64,000 nucleotides of DNA from Eledone cirrhosa (taxonomy: Eukaryota), in contig OZ024743.1 in the NCBI GenBank assembly GCA_964016885.1, positions 235,166,001-235,230,000 of the forward strand, given 5' to 3'. A program made the position numbers and the translations under genes. The notes beneath the pieces were generated by a model. That model had not been told where the DNA came from, searched no databases, and worked only from the letters and a program-made list of their open reading frames with translations. This document shows positions 11,627 to 22,620 of the stretch, piece after piece (the stretch's first letter is position 1; each line of letters starts with the position of its first letter).

Positions 11627-11697
11627 TACTAGTATTTCTTTCCTTGAGCTATTTAATTGTAAGAGACTATTTTGAGTTTCAACTCAATATATACTTT

Positions 11698-11733
<36 letters not shown>

Positions 11734-12214
11734 TTTGTTGATTACTGGATATGGTATCAATATCAGCACTCGATGCTATAGCATAGTGTATAAATAAAGT
11801 ATGATATAACGAAGTATCACTTTAACATGTTTTGATTATATATTGATCGTTACATATATTATACAGATGATTGGCTCGATGGCATTAATCTACTCCTCAG
11901 ACGTGTATATATTCGCACGGTGTCAGCTGCCTTTGGAATGTAAATGTTTTATTGAGTCCACACTATTAACGGCAACTTAAATAGATTTTGAATGGGCTTT
12001 TTATAGAATGCATAGACAACGCGTAAAAATCGGACAGAATGATAACAATAACTACCCAAAGAAAATTCATTTACTTGTACCGTCATAACATGGGCGATAT
12101 TTTCTGTGTTAAAATATTTCTTGCAAATGTTGGGAAGAAAAAGCTTCAAATTTTGACTTTTCTTCATTTTTTTTTTCCTATTAAGAATTATCAATTTAAA
12201 ATTTTGATTTTTAC

Positions 12215-12665
12215 CGCTATCTTCAATTCGGTATTATGCCAACCCTTACCTATGGTCATGAATCGTGGGTAATGACCGAAAGAATACGATCGCGAATGCA
12301 AGCGGTCGAAATAGTGTTCCTCCGAAGGGACGTTGGAGTAACGTTACTCGATAGAGTGCGTAGTGCAGAGATCAGGGAATAGACCAGGTAGAGCCGCTAT
12401 TTCTCCGAATTTAGAGATCATAGCTCTAATACTATGGGCATGTGATTAGAATGTTTCATGAAATAATCACTGGACAGATTTTGCGGGTAAAACCAACCGG
12501 TGGGAGACCCAGGGATAGACTCCGAGAAAGATAGTTGGATAACATCCATGAGCTAGTCTCGCTTGGGGATCCAGTCGGATCAATTGGATTCGCTGGAAGG
12601 CGTGTTTCAGGATTCTAACCCGACGACCCCCACCCCCAAGGAATAAGTAGGCAAAGAAAAAGAAA
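12215..12665 (+). mobile_element. RTE family-2 3' fragment
   Basis: PTLTYGHESWVMTERIRSRMQAVE; YYGHVIRM; GGRPR; tail AAAGAAAAAGAA. Confidence 0.8.
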
Positions 12666-12787
12666 CATTTTTACTGATTCTTTAATTTTTTGACTTGTAA
12701 TGTGCAAATTATTTGTAAATTCATATCGTTGGAAATTATGTACAATAACAAATTACCGTGTCTAGTTGAATATTTTTCTGTCTATAT

Positions 12788-12885
12788 TAACTTTGCCTTT
12801 CATCCTTACGGGTTCGATAAAATAAAGTACCAGTAATGCACTGAGTAATTGCTGGCCTTGTGCCAAAAGTAGAAACAATTATTTT
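12788..12885 (+). mobile_element. SINE 3' fragment
   Basis: Family core and tail. Confidence 0.8.
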
Positions 12886-13761
12886 ATTTTATTTTGTGCA
12901 CGAAACTTGCAATATCTTTTATTTAACAATATTTCAAGAAACTGGAAAAAATCCAAGTCTAAACTAAGAATGTTTGAAACAGACAGGAGATAAAATGTTT
13001 CACTGTATCTCTTATCTTTTATATTTGGTTCAACTTTATCGTAAAAAATGTTTTCCTATTCTCCTATTTGCAAATTTACAGACTGTTTGCAGTCAACTGT
13101 CTGATGATGATTATGATGATGGTGATAGTGGTAATCTTGATGTATTGAATAAATGAATAAATATATTTTCTTCGGACACAAGTATAAATTAATCCCTTTA
13201 TCTATGCCTTCAGATATTAATTATGCTAGTTGTCTCAACTAACACTTATATAGTGGAAAGACTTTTGTGGTTATGAAAACGGAAAATGAAGGGCTCTAGG
13301 ATCACAGAAGAATGGGAGGGGGGATGGACTCAAAGCCTAGAGCGCGGCATTCCCTTTTATTTTATTTACCACTTGAACGTTTAAATTCAATATGGACAAA
13401 CCTAATTCAAAATAACACCAGCTGCGGAATTATAAAATACTTGAAGTGGTGAATATCCGTCGCATACTGAGATATAGAATCGATGTGGCAAACTTCTCTA
13501 GATGAGTAACTGTCAAGAATTCAGAAAGACCGAAAGGAATCGAAATATGCGGCTTTAGGGATGTCATCCGGCTCACTATGTCTCTGACTGTAAACACAGA
13601 GAAGCACAATTTTTGAAATTATTTTAGTGCCGTGAAGAGAGGAAAAGTCTTTACAGGTTTAGTGTGGCTATCAAGCATCCGATAGCCCTCACATATTCGT
13701 ACGTTGCCTTGAGTTTTTTTAGGGACCATGTAAATGGAGGACAACTAATTGTTTACAGCCT

Positions 13762-13804
<43 letters not shown>

Positions 13805-14495
13805 TACGTGGCTTAAGGCAGATTTGACTGGAAAGAAGTATAAGACACTGTTACCAACAAAGCAATGTTATGGAATATAGATAATTCAGAAGAGAAGAAG
13901 CTGAAATGCTGAACACAAATTGAAACCATTTTCGCCACTTGAACAACAAAACTAAATCCTGCTTTAAAAACTTGGGCAGAAGTAAAAAGTGATATAGACG
14001 TCTTCTCAAATATTTTAAACGGTTTACTTGAAATAAAAAATATGATTGAACTGTCGAGGTTCGGAATAAGTCACAGGCAGATTGTTAAGCACAGAGCGAC
14101 TTACAAAAAAATATTGTCATATCTGCTTGAAGAAGATTTCAAGAAAATAAAGCTGACAGATGATGCTCGGGTGTTGACACTGCACTTAACAAGACTAGCG
14201 TTAGAACAAGTCTGGTGTGTTTAACATCAAATAAAAGCCGAAATGATGTAAAAGAAAAAATAGCACCTAGAACTGCAGTCGGCAACTTAGCAATAAGAAA
14301 AATTCATTGAAAGACAAAAATCAAGTATGAGAGACATTTCGATGAAAGTTGATGGCAACTGGATAATGGTTGACATCCTGTGTATATATGTATAAATGTA
14401 TATATATATATGTGCGTGTATGAGTATACACACACACACACACACACACACCTGACCATTACTGCAGACTTCACCATCCTTTGATAACATAAATT

Positions 14496-14730
14496 TTCCA
14501 GCACATCTCCCTTACCATCCTCCGGGGAAACGCCTTCTCAATTCTGTCTGCCGGGTCCGTGGGGCAGCCAGCACGTAGGACCCTATTTTCTCATAATACA
14601 GAGAGATGGGGAGAGCGAGAGAGATGGAGGCGATGACAGTGGGAGTTCGGCTCCTCTGTGTTGGACCTAGTGTGTAGCGTTAGTTGTCCGTAGGGAGGTA
14701 TTGATTCATATATATATATATATATATATA
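14496..14730 (+). mobile_element. CRE element 3' terminus running into (TA)n
   Basis: FQHISLTILRGNAFSILSA plus a 3' UTR matching 51435-51647. Confidence 0.8.
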
Positions 14731-14740
14731 AGTTTTAATA

Positions 14741-14788
14741 TAGATGAGATTCTACAGGACTAGTACTGTTTCATTCTTTAGAAATCAT
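14741..14788 (-). ncRNA. Truncated hammerhead-like motif (same family as 22502-22620)
   Basis: Minus strand AUGA-UUUCUAAAGAAU-GAAAC-AGUACUA-GUC; leading CUG replaced by (TA)n. Confidence 0.5.
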
Positions 14789-14804
14789 ATATATATATAT
14801 ATAT

Positions 14805-15172
14805 ATATACGATATTAACAAATGGAAACTATATTTATAAAACCATCTTTATTTCATTATACATATTTCAAGGATACCAAGTTAAATTATGGTATGCCTT
14901 CATCAGACAAAATACAATATATACCAGTTTTATAAATAAATATTGACATACCCTTTCAAAATGCAACCGTTACTTTTGGAAGACATCCTGATGTCTTCCA
15001 AAAGTAACGGTTGCATTTTGAAAGGGTATGTCAATATTTATTTATAAAACTGGTATATATTGTATTTTGTCTGATGAAGGCATACCATAATTTAACTTGG
15101 TATCCTTGAAATATGTATAATGAAATAAAGATGGTTTTATAAATATAGTTTCCATTTGTTAATATCGTATAT
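14805..15172. repeat. Perfect inverted repeat, 183-bp arms, 2-nt loop (CT at 14988-14989)
   Basis: Arms read as exact reverse complements around GGAAGACATC-CT-GATGTCTTCC. Confidence 0.95.
15063..15127 (+). ncRNA. Type I minimal hammerhead (Penelope pLTR-like); cleavage predicted after AUA 15119; mirror copy on - at 14850-14914
   Basis: Stem I UAUUUUGU/AUGAAAUA; CUGAUGA 15071-15077; stem II AGGcAUACCA/UGGUAUcCUU; GAAA 15108-15111; short stem III with AUGU loop; AATAAA immediately 3'. Confidence 0.7.
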
Positions 15173-15599
15173 CCACTCCAAATACTTGTCGAGTGCTTTA
15201 TATCAGTTATAAAAATATTTGCTTGTTGTATCCCAACAATTTAAATAGAACTTTTGCATATATATATATATATATATTATATATATTATATTGTTCACTA
15301 ACAGAAACATAATAACCGAACCCTGTGATACTACCACAATGCCAAGATCTAGCTAGCATCGTTATGTAGGTGTTGTCTTGACTACAGAAAAATAGCCATA
15401 GAGATTTCTTCAGTAGAGCATGTTAATATAGCCGCTTAATGAAATCCCTTTGTTTGCTTAGAATAAATTATTATTATTACTATATATATATACACAAATG
15501 GAAGTTTAGTAAAATCGAAGTTTTGGCTGTAGCCAAGTTAACGATATACAATCAGGAATGTGCAGCAAAGCACTCGATAAGGTTGTGTCACCTTGAGAG

Positions 15600-15990
15600 T
15601 AATAATTGTTTCTATTTTAGGCACAAGGCCAGCAATTATCTCAGTACATTACTGGTACTTTATTTTATCGACCCCGTAAGGATGAAAGGCAAAGTTAACC
15701 TCGGCCGGATTTGAACTCAGATCGTAAAGGGACGTAACTATGCTGGAAAGCATGTCCGACCCTCTACCGATATTGCCAATTCACCGCCACACCTTGAGAG
15801 TAATAACTGTTTCTACTTTAGGCACAAGGCCAGCAATTACCCAGTGCATTACTGGTACTTTATTTTATCGACCCCGTAAGGATGAAAGGCAAAGTCAAAC
15901 TCGGCGGGATTTGAACTCAGATCGTAAAAGGACGTAACTATGCTGGAAAGGATGGCGTCCGACCCTCTACCGATACTGCCAATCCACCGC
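15600..15990 (-). mobile_element. Two tandem full-length SINEs
   Basis: Two reverse copies; CACCTTGAGAGTAATAA duplicated on both sides of the first. Confidence 0.85.
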
Positions 15991-16089
15991 TAGAAATCTT
16001 GACAAATTGAAGACTGCGACCGATTCTGAGAGAAAAGAGTTCTCAATACCGAAGTAGAGTTTAAATATTCATCTTATTAAGGGTAAATA

Positions 16090-16181
16090 GTGACTTTTAT
16101 TACTCTGGCGTTTCGCCTGTTTACCAGAGGGTCATCAGGGCCCTGTGATAAATAGGCGAAACTCCAGAGTAACAAGGCTCA
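16090..16181. ncRNA. Head-to-head pair of hammerhead-like motifs
   Basis: Imperfect palindrome centred on CAGGGCCCTG; minus CUGAUGA-CCCUCUGGUAAACAGGC-GAAAC-GCCAGA-GUA; plus CCCUGUGAUAAAUAGGC-GAAAC-UCCAGA-GUA. Confidence 0.55.
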
Positions 16182-16527
16182 CAATTTGACCTTAAAATGT
16201 GTGTGTTTGTAAACAACAGCAGCAACAATATTTATGTAATAAATCAGAAAACTTGTCCATCCAGACTTCTGCAATACAGAGGAGTGAAAGAAGAGTGAAA
16301 CAAGAGAACAACTGACCAATTCATTTCTGTGTCGGTCGCCGTTCAGATCTCCGGGAGGCACAATTGAGACAAGCGTACACTTTCGCCCCCACCTCCCCAT
16401 TTCTCCCACAACCTTTTTTCTTTACCATTTATTTATTCATTTTGTGTTTTAGTAATTCATAAATACAGATTTTGTATTTTTGCGAAAAGATTGAAAATTT
16501 AACATTTAAAATTCGTCCATATTGTCA

Positions 16528-16603
16528 TTATGACGTCATAATAATTATGACGTTTGTCAAGATAATGTTATAAATAGCTGTGATTTGAAGCGATTAATCA
16601 GTC
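16528..16603 (+). promoter_or_regulatory. Candidate Pol II core promoter (CRE site + TATA + Inr)
   Basis: TGACGTCA 16531-16538, TATAAATA 16569-16576, TCAGTC 16598-16603 with its A 31 nt after the TATA start. Confidence 0.5.
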
Positions 16604-16946
16604 TACTGCCACGGGTAATCCGATATGGTTTGTAGTTGAGTCCGTCTTGAAGACTAGTGTGAAGTAGCAGTCATCTTCACCTTGTTTTCGACGTTTACCA
16701 GGAAGTCTTGAGTTCTTAAACATCCCCTGTAACTCTGTTATAAGGTGTACGGTATAGCCGCACGCGCTGTATGAACACTTTACCAGGCTCTTCCAGGGCA
16801 AGGAAACCTGGGGCTTCCGAGAAGACAAGAGATTTTAGTCTCAAACTCTGCAACAAATCACAGCGGCAGACCTGTAACTCGACCAGGATTTATAGTTATA
16901 TTTTTATTTTATTCGTCTAAACATTGGCGGATGAGTTGGAAATATA

Positions 16947-17032
16947 TAGTGTCCCAAAATTACGTATACACACTTTGATTACCTGTACAGGCAATATTTA
17001 TTAGTGTGTATATATTTTGGGGGGACACCCTG
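16947..17032. mobile_element. Tc1-type mini-MITE
   Basis: Ends GGACACCCTG-TA; interior shared with 44287-44386. Confidence 0.6.
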
Positions 17033-17499
17033 TATATATCTCTAACTCACCTGCCGATGTCTAGATAATAAATTTCATTCTTTTCTTTCAGAAAGAACAT
17101 TCACAGAAGGAAAAATGCAAAGGCAGCAGCGAAATCTACCAAAAAGCTTGTTGACGGATGTGTTTTTGAAAATATTGTTGACTGTATTAATGAATAAAAA
17201 CATATATTTATAATATTCACTATTTTGTTATTTGTCATTGAAAAAATAGAACAGAACTTTCTTTGCAGCATGGAATATAGATAATTCAGAAGAAAAGCTA
17301 TTTTCACCACTCGAACAGCAAAACTAAATCCTTATTTTAAGAATTTGGGCAGAAGTAAAATGTTTTAAACGGTTTACTTGAAATAAAGATCGTTGATAAT
17401 AGCAACCAAAAGAAAACAACGTTGGAATGCAATTAAAGAGAAAATCGTTAGATGGGTTGGATTGGCGTTACTGTGATCTGTCGGCTCACTACATTTTCC

Positions 17500-17850
17500 A
17501 GCCTGTGGTGTTCGAGACGTTTGGGGGGAATCGGGCTACTGATTCCGAGATTCCTAACTTCACTAGCGGCTCGCCTAACCGCTGGTGATGCTTGTGAGGG
17601 GGATTCGTGGTTCCAGCGCATCAGCCTCGCCATCACCCGAGGTAACGCTGCGAACGTGCTGGCTTGCCTAAAAAATTATTAGAGAGGTTTCCTAGTGCTC
17701 CTCCCGATATGCTCTGGTAGCGGTTCGTGTGTCTCCCTTTCACCTCCCTTTGGTTGTATGGGGACCTAGATGTATGTATTACTTGATTTATATATATTAT
17801 GTTTTCGTTCTGTAACCATTATATATTTTGTATACAACTGTGAATAAAAG
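17500..17850 (+). mobile_element. 3' end of a second CRE-clade family
   Basis: WFQRISLAITRGNAANVLA*, 3' UTR with AATAAA. Confidence 0.7.
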
Positions 17851-18385
17851 ATTTTCAGCATTTATTGGGAACACTTTCGTTAAAAAAATTATTGGGAGGG
17901 AGACAAAACTTATTGCGGACTAATTTACTTTCGACACAAACACCAACACCAAATCACTGATACAAAACAGCGAATGAATACAAAGGAGTTCACGGTTATA
18001 ACATTTAGGCTTACGATACTGAACGGTACTTCAGTCCCCCGATCCCCTGCCCAGCTCAGTACTTGTATCTCTATCAACAGGCGCAAGAAAGGTTATAGCT
18101 GATTAGGGTGTGACAATTTTCATCACCTGTTCTGCATTAATCTGAGCCGACCACGGCAACTCCAAACGAACCCATTTCATGTCCTATCCTTGTTGGCAAA
18201 CACAGCTCAGCTCAGGAGACTTTTGAAAAATTCCAAAAGCAAAATGTATGCTAGCAAGCAATACCCTCTCTCGCCTTGGACCAATCACCCTCGTGAGTAG
18301 AAGTACCTACTTCACTTCACTCGTCCTCAGTCTCCCAAACACTACTGCTAATAGAAGTGGCCTATCACTAGAGACACTAATAAAG

Positions 18386-18578
18386 GTTTCTGATTTAGGC
18401 ACAACGCTACCAATTTTGGGGGAGGGAAAAGTCGATTAAATCGACCCGTCCATTACTGCTACTTTATGAAAGACAAAGCTAACCTCAGTGGGATTTGAAC
18501 TCAGAACGTAGAGGGCCGTAACTCTATGCCGCAAATCATTTTGTCCGACGCTCTACTGATACTGCAAATTCACTGCCA
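18386..18578 (-). mobile_element. SINE (locally duplicated at 19247-19428)
   Basis: Near-identical copies sharing flanking sequence. Confidence 0.8.
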
Positions 18579-18640
18579 TAGGGACACTACTGCTAATAGA
18601 AGTGGTCTATCACTAGAGACACTAATAAAGGTTTCTGATT

Positions 18641-18765
18641 TAATAATAAATAATAATGAAATTATTGTGTACAGTGCTCAGGTGCACTACAACTCATCAA
18701 AGGTGCATGTATAGTACATAGAATAATGTACAAATGTCAGGAAAATGAACAGTGTATGAGTCATG

Positions 18766-18798
<33 letters not shown>

Positions 18799-19246
18799 AA
18801 TATTGTGTACAGTGCCCAGGTGCACCACAACTCATCAAAAAGTGCATGTACAGTACATAGGGCAATGCACAAACATCAGGAAAATGAACAGTGCACGAGT
18901 CATGATACACACAAGTGTGCATGTGTATGGAAGGGGGACATCTGGTGTAGTTTTGGCGTATTTCGGGAAGCATGAGTGTCTTAAAGGATGCAGTGTCTCG
19001 ACAGCTAACAACTGACGCAGGCAGTTTGTTCCATGCTTCAGCAACTCTGAGCGTGAAAAAATGTCTATGAAAGTCATGGGAGCTGTGCTGTTTTCTGATT
19101 TTGTAGGCATGTCCACGTGTGTTAGACACATGGAGATCAAAAAGGTGCTCAGGGTTGCAATTGGCGAGATGGTTAATAACTTTGTGGGCATTTACCAAGT
19201 CCATTGCTAGACGTCGGAGCTTCAATGAATCCATGCCCAGGGAAGA
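18641..19246 (-). mobile_element. 5'-truncated CR1 with duplicated 3' terminus and (TTA)n tail
   Basis: TRGHAYKIRKQ..FFTLRVAEAWNKLP; very similar to 30774-31236. Confidence 0.85.
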
Positions 19247-19859
19247 GGCACAACACTACCAATTTTGGGGGAGGGAAAAGTCGATTAAATCGACCCTAGT
19301 CCATTACTTCTACTTTATGAAAGACAAAGCTAACCTCAGTGGGATTTGAACTCAGAACGTAGAGGGCCGTAACTCTATGCCGCAAAGCATTTTGTCCGAC
19401 GCTCTACTGATACTGCAAATTCACTGCCATAGGGACACTAATAAAGCACAATATTTTGGCCTTCACAGTTTGACCATGTTATCCACAGCATAAATATGCC
19501 TGCAGTCGTCCACTTTCCACACTGCCTCAAAGCATTTATGTGACCATTTAAACGCCAAACTCACTGAAGTTGATACCTCGGCATGGGTCGATAATTGACT
19601 AAGCCATCATAGCCTTTCATCTCACCAAGGAGATTTTGTCAGCTCTTCAGTTTGAGCACCCTGGACCAACTGCGAACCTTGTAATCAACCTCCAGCCAAC
19701 CTTTATCTTTTATATGTAGCTTTTCAGTCAGCTTGAGAAGCAAATATGGTGGCATACTCTCTATTACTATGAGTAGTTTTCAGAAGGCTGGATGTCAATG
19801 TCATCTTTAGGTATGACGCTATTGAGCCGTTTGAGAGACCTAAGCCCTGTCCACATGTG

Positions 19860-20270
19860 AGGGAAGGGAATGAGAGTATGATGGATGGAACAGTGGTTTG
19901 GGGGAGGGAATGAGGGTATGATGGGTGGAGAACAAAGTGGTTTGGGGGAGGGAATGGGACTATGATGGCCGGAACAGTGGTTTGGGAGAGGGAATGAGGG
20001 TATGATGGGGAGAACAGTTTTTTGGGGGGAGGGAATGGGAATACAATGGGGGAACAATGGTTTGGAGGAGGGAATGGAACTATGATGGGTGGAGAACAAA
20101 GTGGTTTGGGGGAGGGAATGAGGGTATGATGGGGAGAACAGTGGTTTGGGGGAAGGAATGGGAGTACAATGGGGGAACAGTGGTTTGGGGGAGGGAATGG
20201 GGGTATGATGGGGAGAACAGTGGTTTGGGAGAAGGAATGGGACTGATGGCCGGAACAGTGTGGTTTGGCT
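19860..20270. repeat. G-rich minisatellite, about 38-43-bp unit, about 10 copies
   Basis: Unit GGGAATGAGGGTATGATGGGGAGAACAGTGGTTTGGGGGA. Confidence 0.9.
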
Positions 20271-20829
20271 GAAAAGATAATAAAGGATGGAGTAATGGAA
20301 GAGAGAGACAATGCTGGAAATAAAAAAACAAAGTGGTATGTGTATATATATATAAAGCGTTAAACTAATATATATTTTCAGTGTACTGTATTGTTTGCTT
20401 TGTTGTTTTCCGTTTATTTTTTTTGCATGTATACATACACACACACAGGGTATCCCTTAACAAACAACACAAAGCAAATGTAAATATAAGATGAAATTTA
20501 TTGCGGTTTTAAAATTAAACAACACTTGGGAGTAATTATCTTTTCAATAATCTACATTTATCCATAAATTTAACATGAGATGTGTTGCTTTAATAACACC
20601 TAACTTTTGTATCACATAAGCCATAATTTACTTGAGAATTTACATTTATCTAACAACACAAGAGATATCACGGGTTCAGCTAGTATCACAAATTATAATT
20701 CAAATTAGGGCTTAGGTTTATCTAACAATGCAACAATAACAACAACACTGACTTCTTGTATTACAGAAGCCTTAATTCACTGCCGAACTGACATATCAAT
20801 GACTGTGATGGCATTATCTTATGTATGAA

Positions 20830-21105
20830 TGGAGTGTCATAGTGATGGACATTTTAAACCTAGCAGAAACATCCCTCTCAAGGCCTGAACACAAACACAG
20901 CTGATTTCTTCCAAAGAAGGAGAGAGAGTGGTAGATAGAAAGAAAGATATAGAGGGAAAAAATCAACCACAGTACTGGACTGGTACTTTTTTTACCAACT
21001 TCAAAAGGATGAAAACCAAAAATGACCTCTGGGATTTTAACTCAGTGTTCATACACTGCAAAGCATTCTATCCAATGTTTTAAGAACTCTACCAATTCGC
21101 CACTT
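20830..21105 (-). mobile_element. Older SINE subfamily with long tail (related copies at 23625-23885, 28590-28862, 40865-41138, 43210-43484, 57058-57310, 62230-63072)
   Basis: Shared GATTTCTTCCAGAGAA(GA)n segment joined to the SINE core. Confidence 0.65.
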
Positions 21106-21284
21106 TCACCATTATGAAGGTTAACAAATATAAGACTATTCAGGTGATTATCTCATCCTTATTCAAGTGAATACTCTAGAGCTATTTCTCACCAAATTAG
21201 TTCCATGAGTTAAGGTAACTTTTAATAAAATTTTATAAAGATTTATTATACTATAGCAACTTCATGCATGCGTATTACAGATAT

Positions 21285-21465
21285 GCAGGCCAGTTAAGGA
21301 AGAACACATTGATCATTTGTTTGTTTTAAACTGCTTCAGCTTCACATTTGAAAAAAGGGTAGTATCCTTGAAATATTGTTGAAATACACTGGATAAAACA
21401 TTACTTTGTTTTGTTTCATTTGTCCTTCATATTTTTATACTGCATTGTACCCACTTTTTGAAAAT
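21285..21465 (+). repeat. Dispersed repeat family (also 36200-36378 + and 60300-60500 -)
   Basis: Shared CCAGTTAAGGAAGAACACATTGAT and TGAAATAT..TGTTGAAATAYACTG..AAACATTA. Confidence 0.7.
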
Positions 21466-22501
21466 TATTGGTCTTTTATTTATATATCTCATAATGCTTC
21501 GTATTAATTATACTACTATATTATATGTGTATATTTTTAGGTGAATAAATGCTCTCCCAACAACAATTTTTGTTTAATTTAATGTCATATTAAAATTAGA
21601 GTGACAAGAGATTGTAAAATATAAGTAGGGGTTCTGCAATATGTGAAAAGTTGTGTAAAGGTTATAAATTGAGGAAACCTTGCTCTAGTTATTAAAATGC
21701 TCTCAAATCACTTTTTATCATTTTTATACATTATGCTGCACTAAAAGACAGTTTGTCTCAAGCTGGAACATCTTTGATTATAGATCTCACTTTTGACTTA
21801 GCTTCTACTAAACAACTTCAGAACTATTTCATACATTTTTGTAGTAATTTTTTAGTCTCAGGTCAAAAGAGTCCCAACAGTGATCATCCCATCATTTTTC
21901 TATGTGTAGAGCATGGGATATGATTTAAGGGTGATTTGGCTGCTATTTTATTAGCAGGTTAAGTAAGGCCGTTGGTTTATATCTTATAAGCTAATCAAAA
22001 GATGGGGGACAGATCTCACATCAACTAAATCCATCTCTTCTTACATCTCTCACCAACATGCAGATACACCAAACACCCTTGACTCTTTCTTAATTTCAAA
22101 CCCATTTTCGACCAAACACCTCAAACATCAACCATTGTTATGCAGATATCATCCTACATTATTTCATCCCTTTCCACATCTAAGTATTGTCCATATGCAA
22201 GCTAAACACCACATGTCAAATAAAAAACGACACCTTTCCAATGGGGTTATATCAATCTCGTCTCTTTCAACAGCACAAAGAGAATAATTACACACATAAA
22301 AACAAATCACATTCCACCCATCCTAAACATGAAAATGTAACTGCAGTCCTTAGTCACTACAAATTCTAGGCATCACTATGACCAAGGATGAGAGTGTTGA
22401 ACTTAGGGAATAAATGTATAAGTTCAATATTATCCCAAACATGTTCATATATGTAGTGGGTAACTCAATACATTGGTAGAGTATAGGCATCTTTATCATA
22501 C

Positions 22502-22620
22502 ATATAGAAATGACTTTTACAAGACTAGAACTGTTTCATTCATTTGAAATCATCAGGAATGTCCTGGTGATTTCATACAAATGAAATAGTTCTAGTCATG
22601 TAAAAATCATTTATTTATAT
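22502..22620. ncRNA. Head-to-head degenerate hammerhead-like pair
   Basis: About 55-bp imperfect arms; minus CUGAUGA-UUUCAAAUGAAU-GAAAC-AGUUCUA-GUC; plus CUGGUGA..GAAAU-AGUUCUA-GUC. Confidence 0.55.

Noticed and set aside
13101-13125. CTGATGA (also at about 22725 and 31344)
   Set aside because: (GAT)n microsatellite, no stem II/GAAA, or inside CR1 coding sequence
16577-16864. RNase P/MRP or 7SK RNA
   Set aside because: Terminal stem present but the conserved CR-I/CR-V or GAUC motifs cannot be placed
19724-20444. Pro-rich ORFs of 195 and 225 aa
   Set aside because: Translations of the minisatellite in several frames
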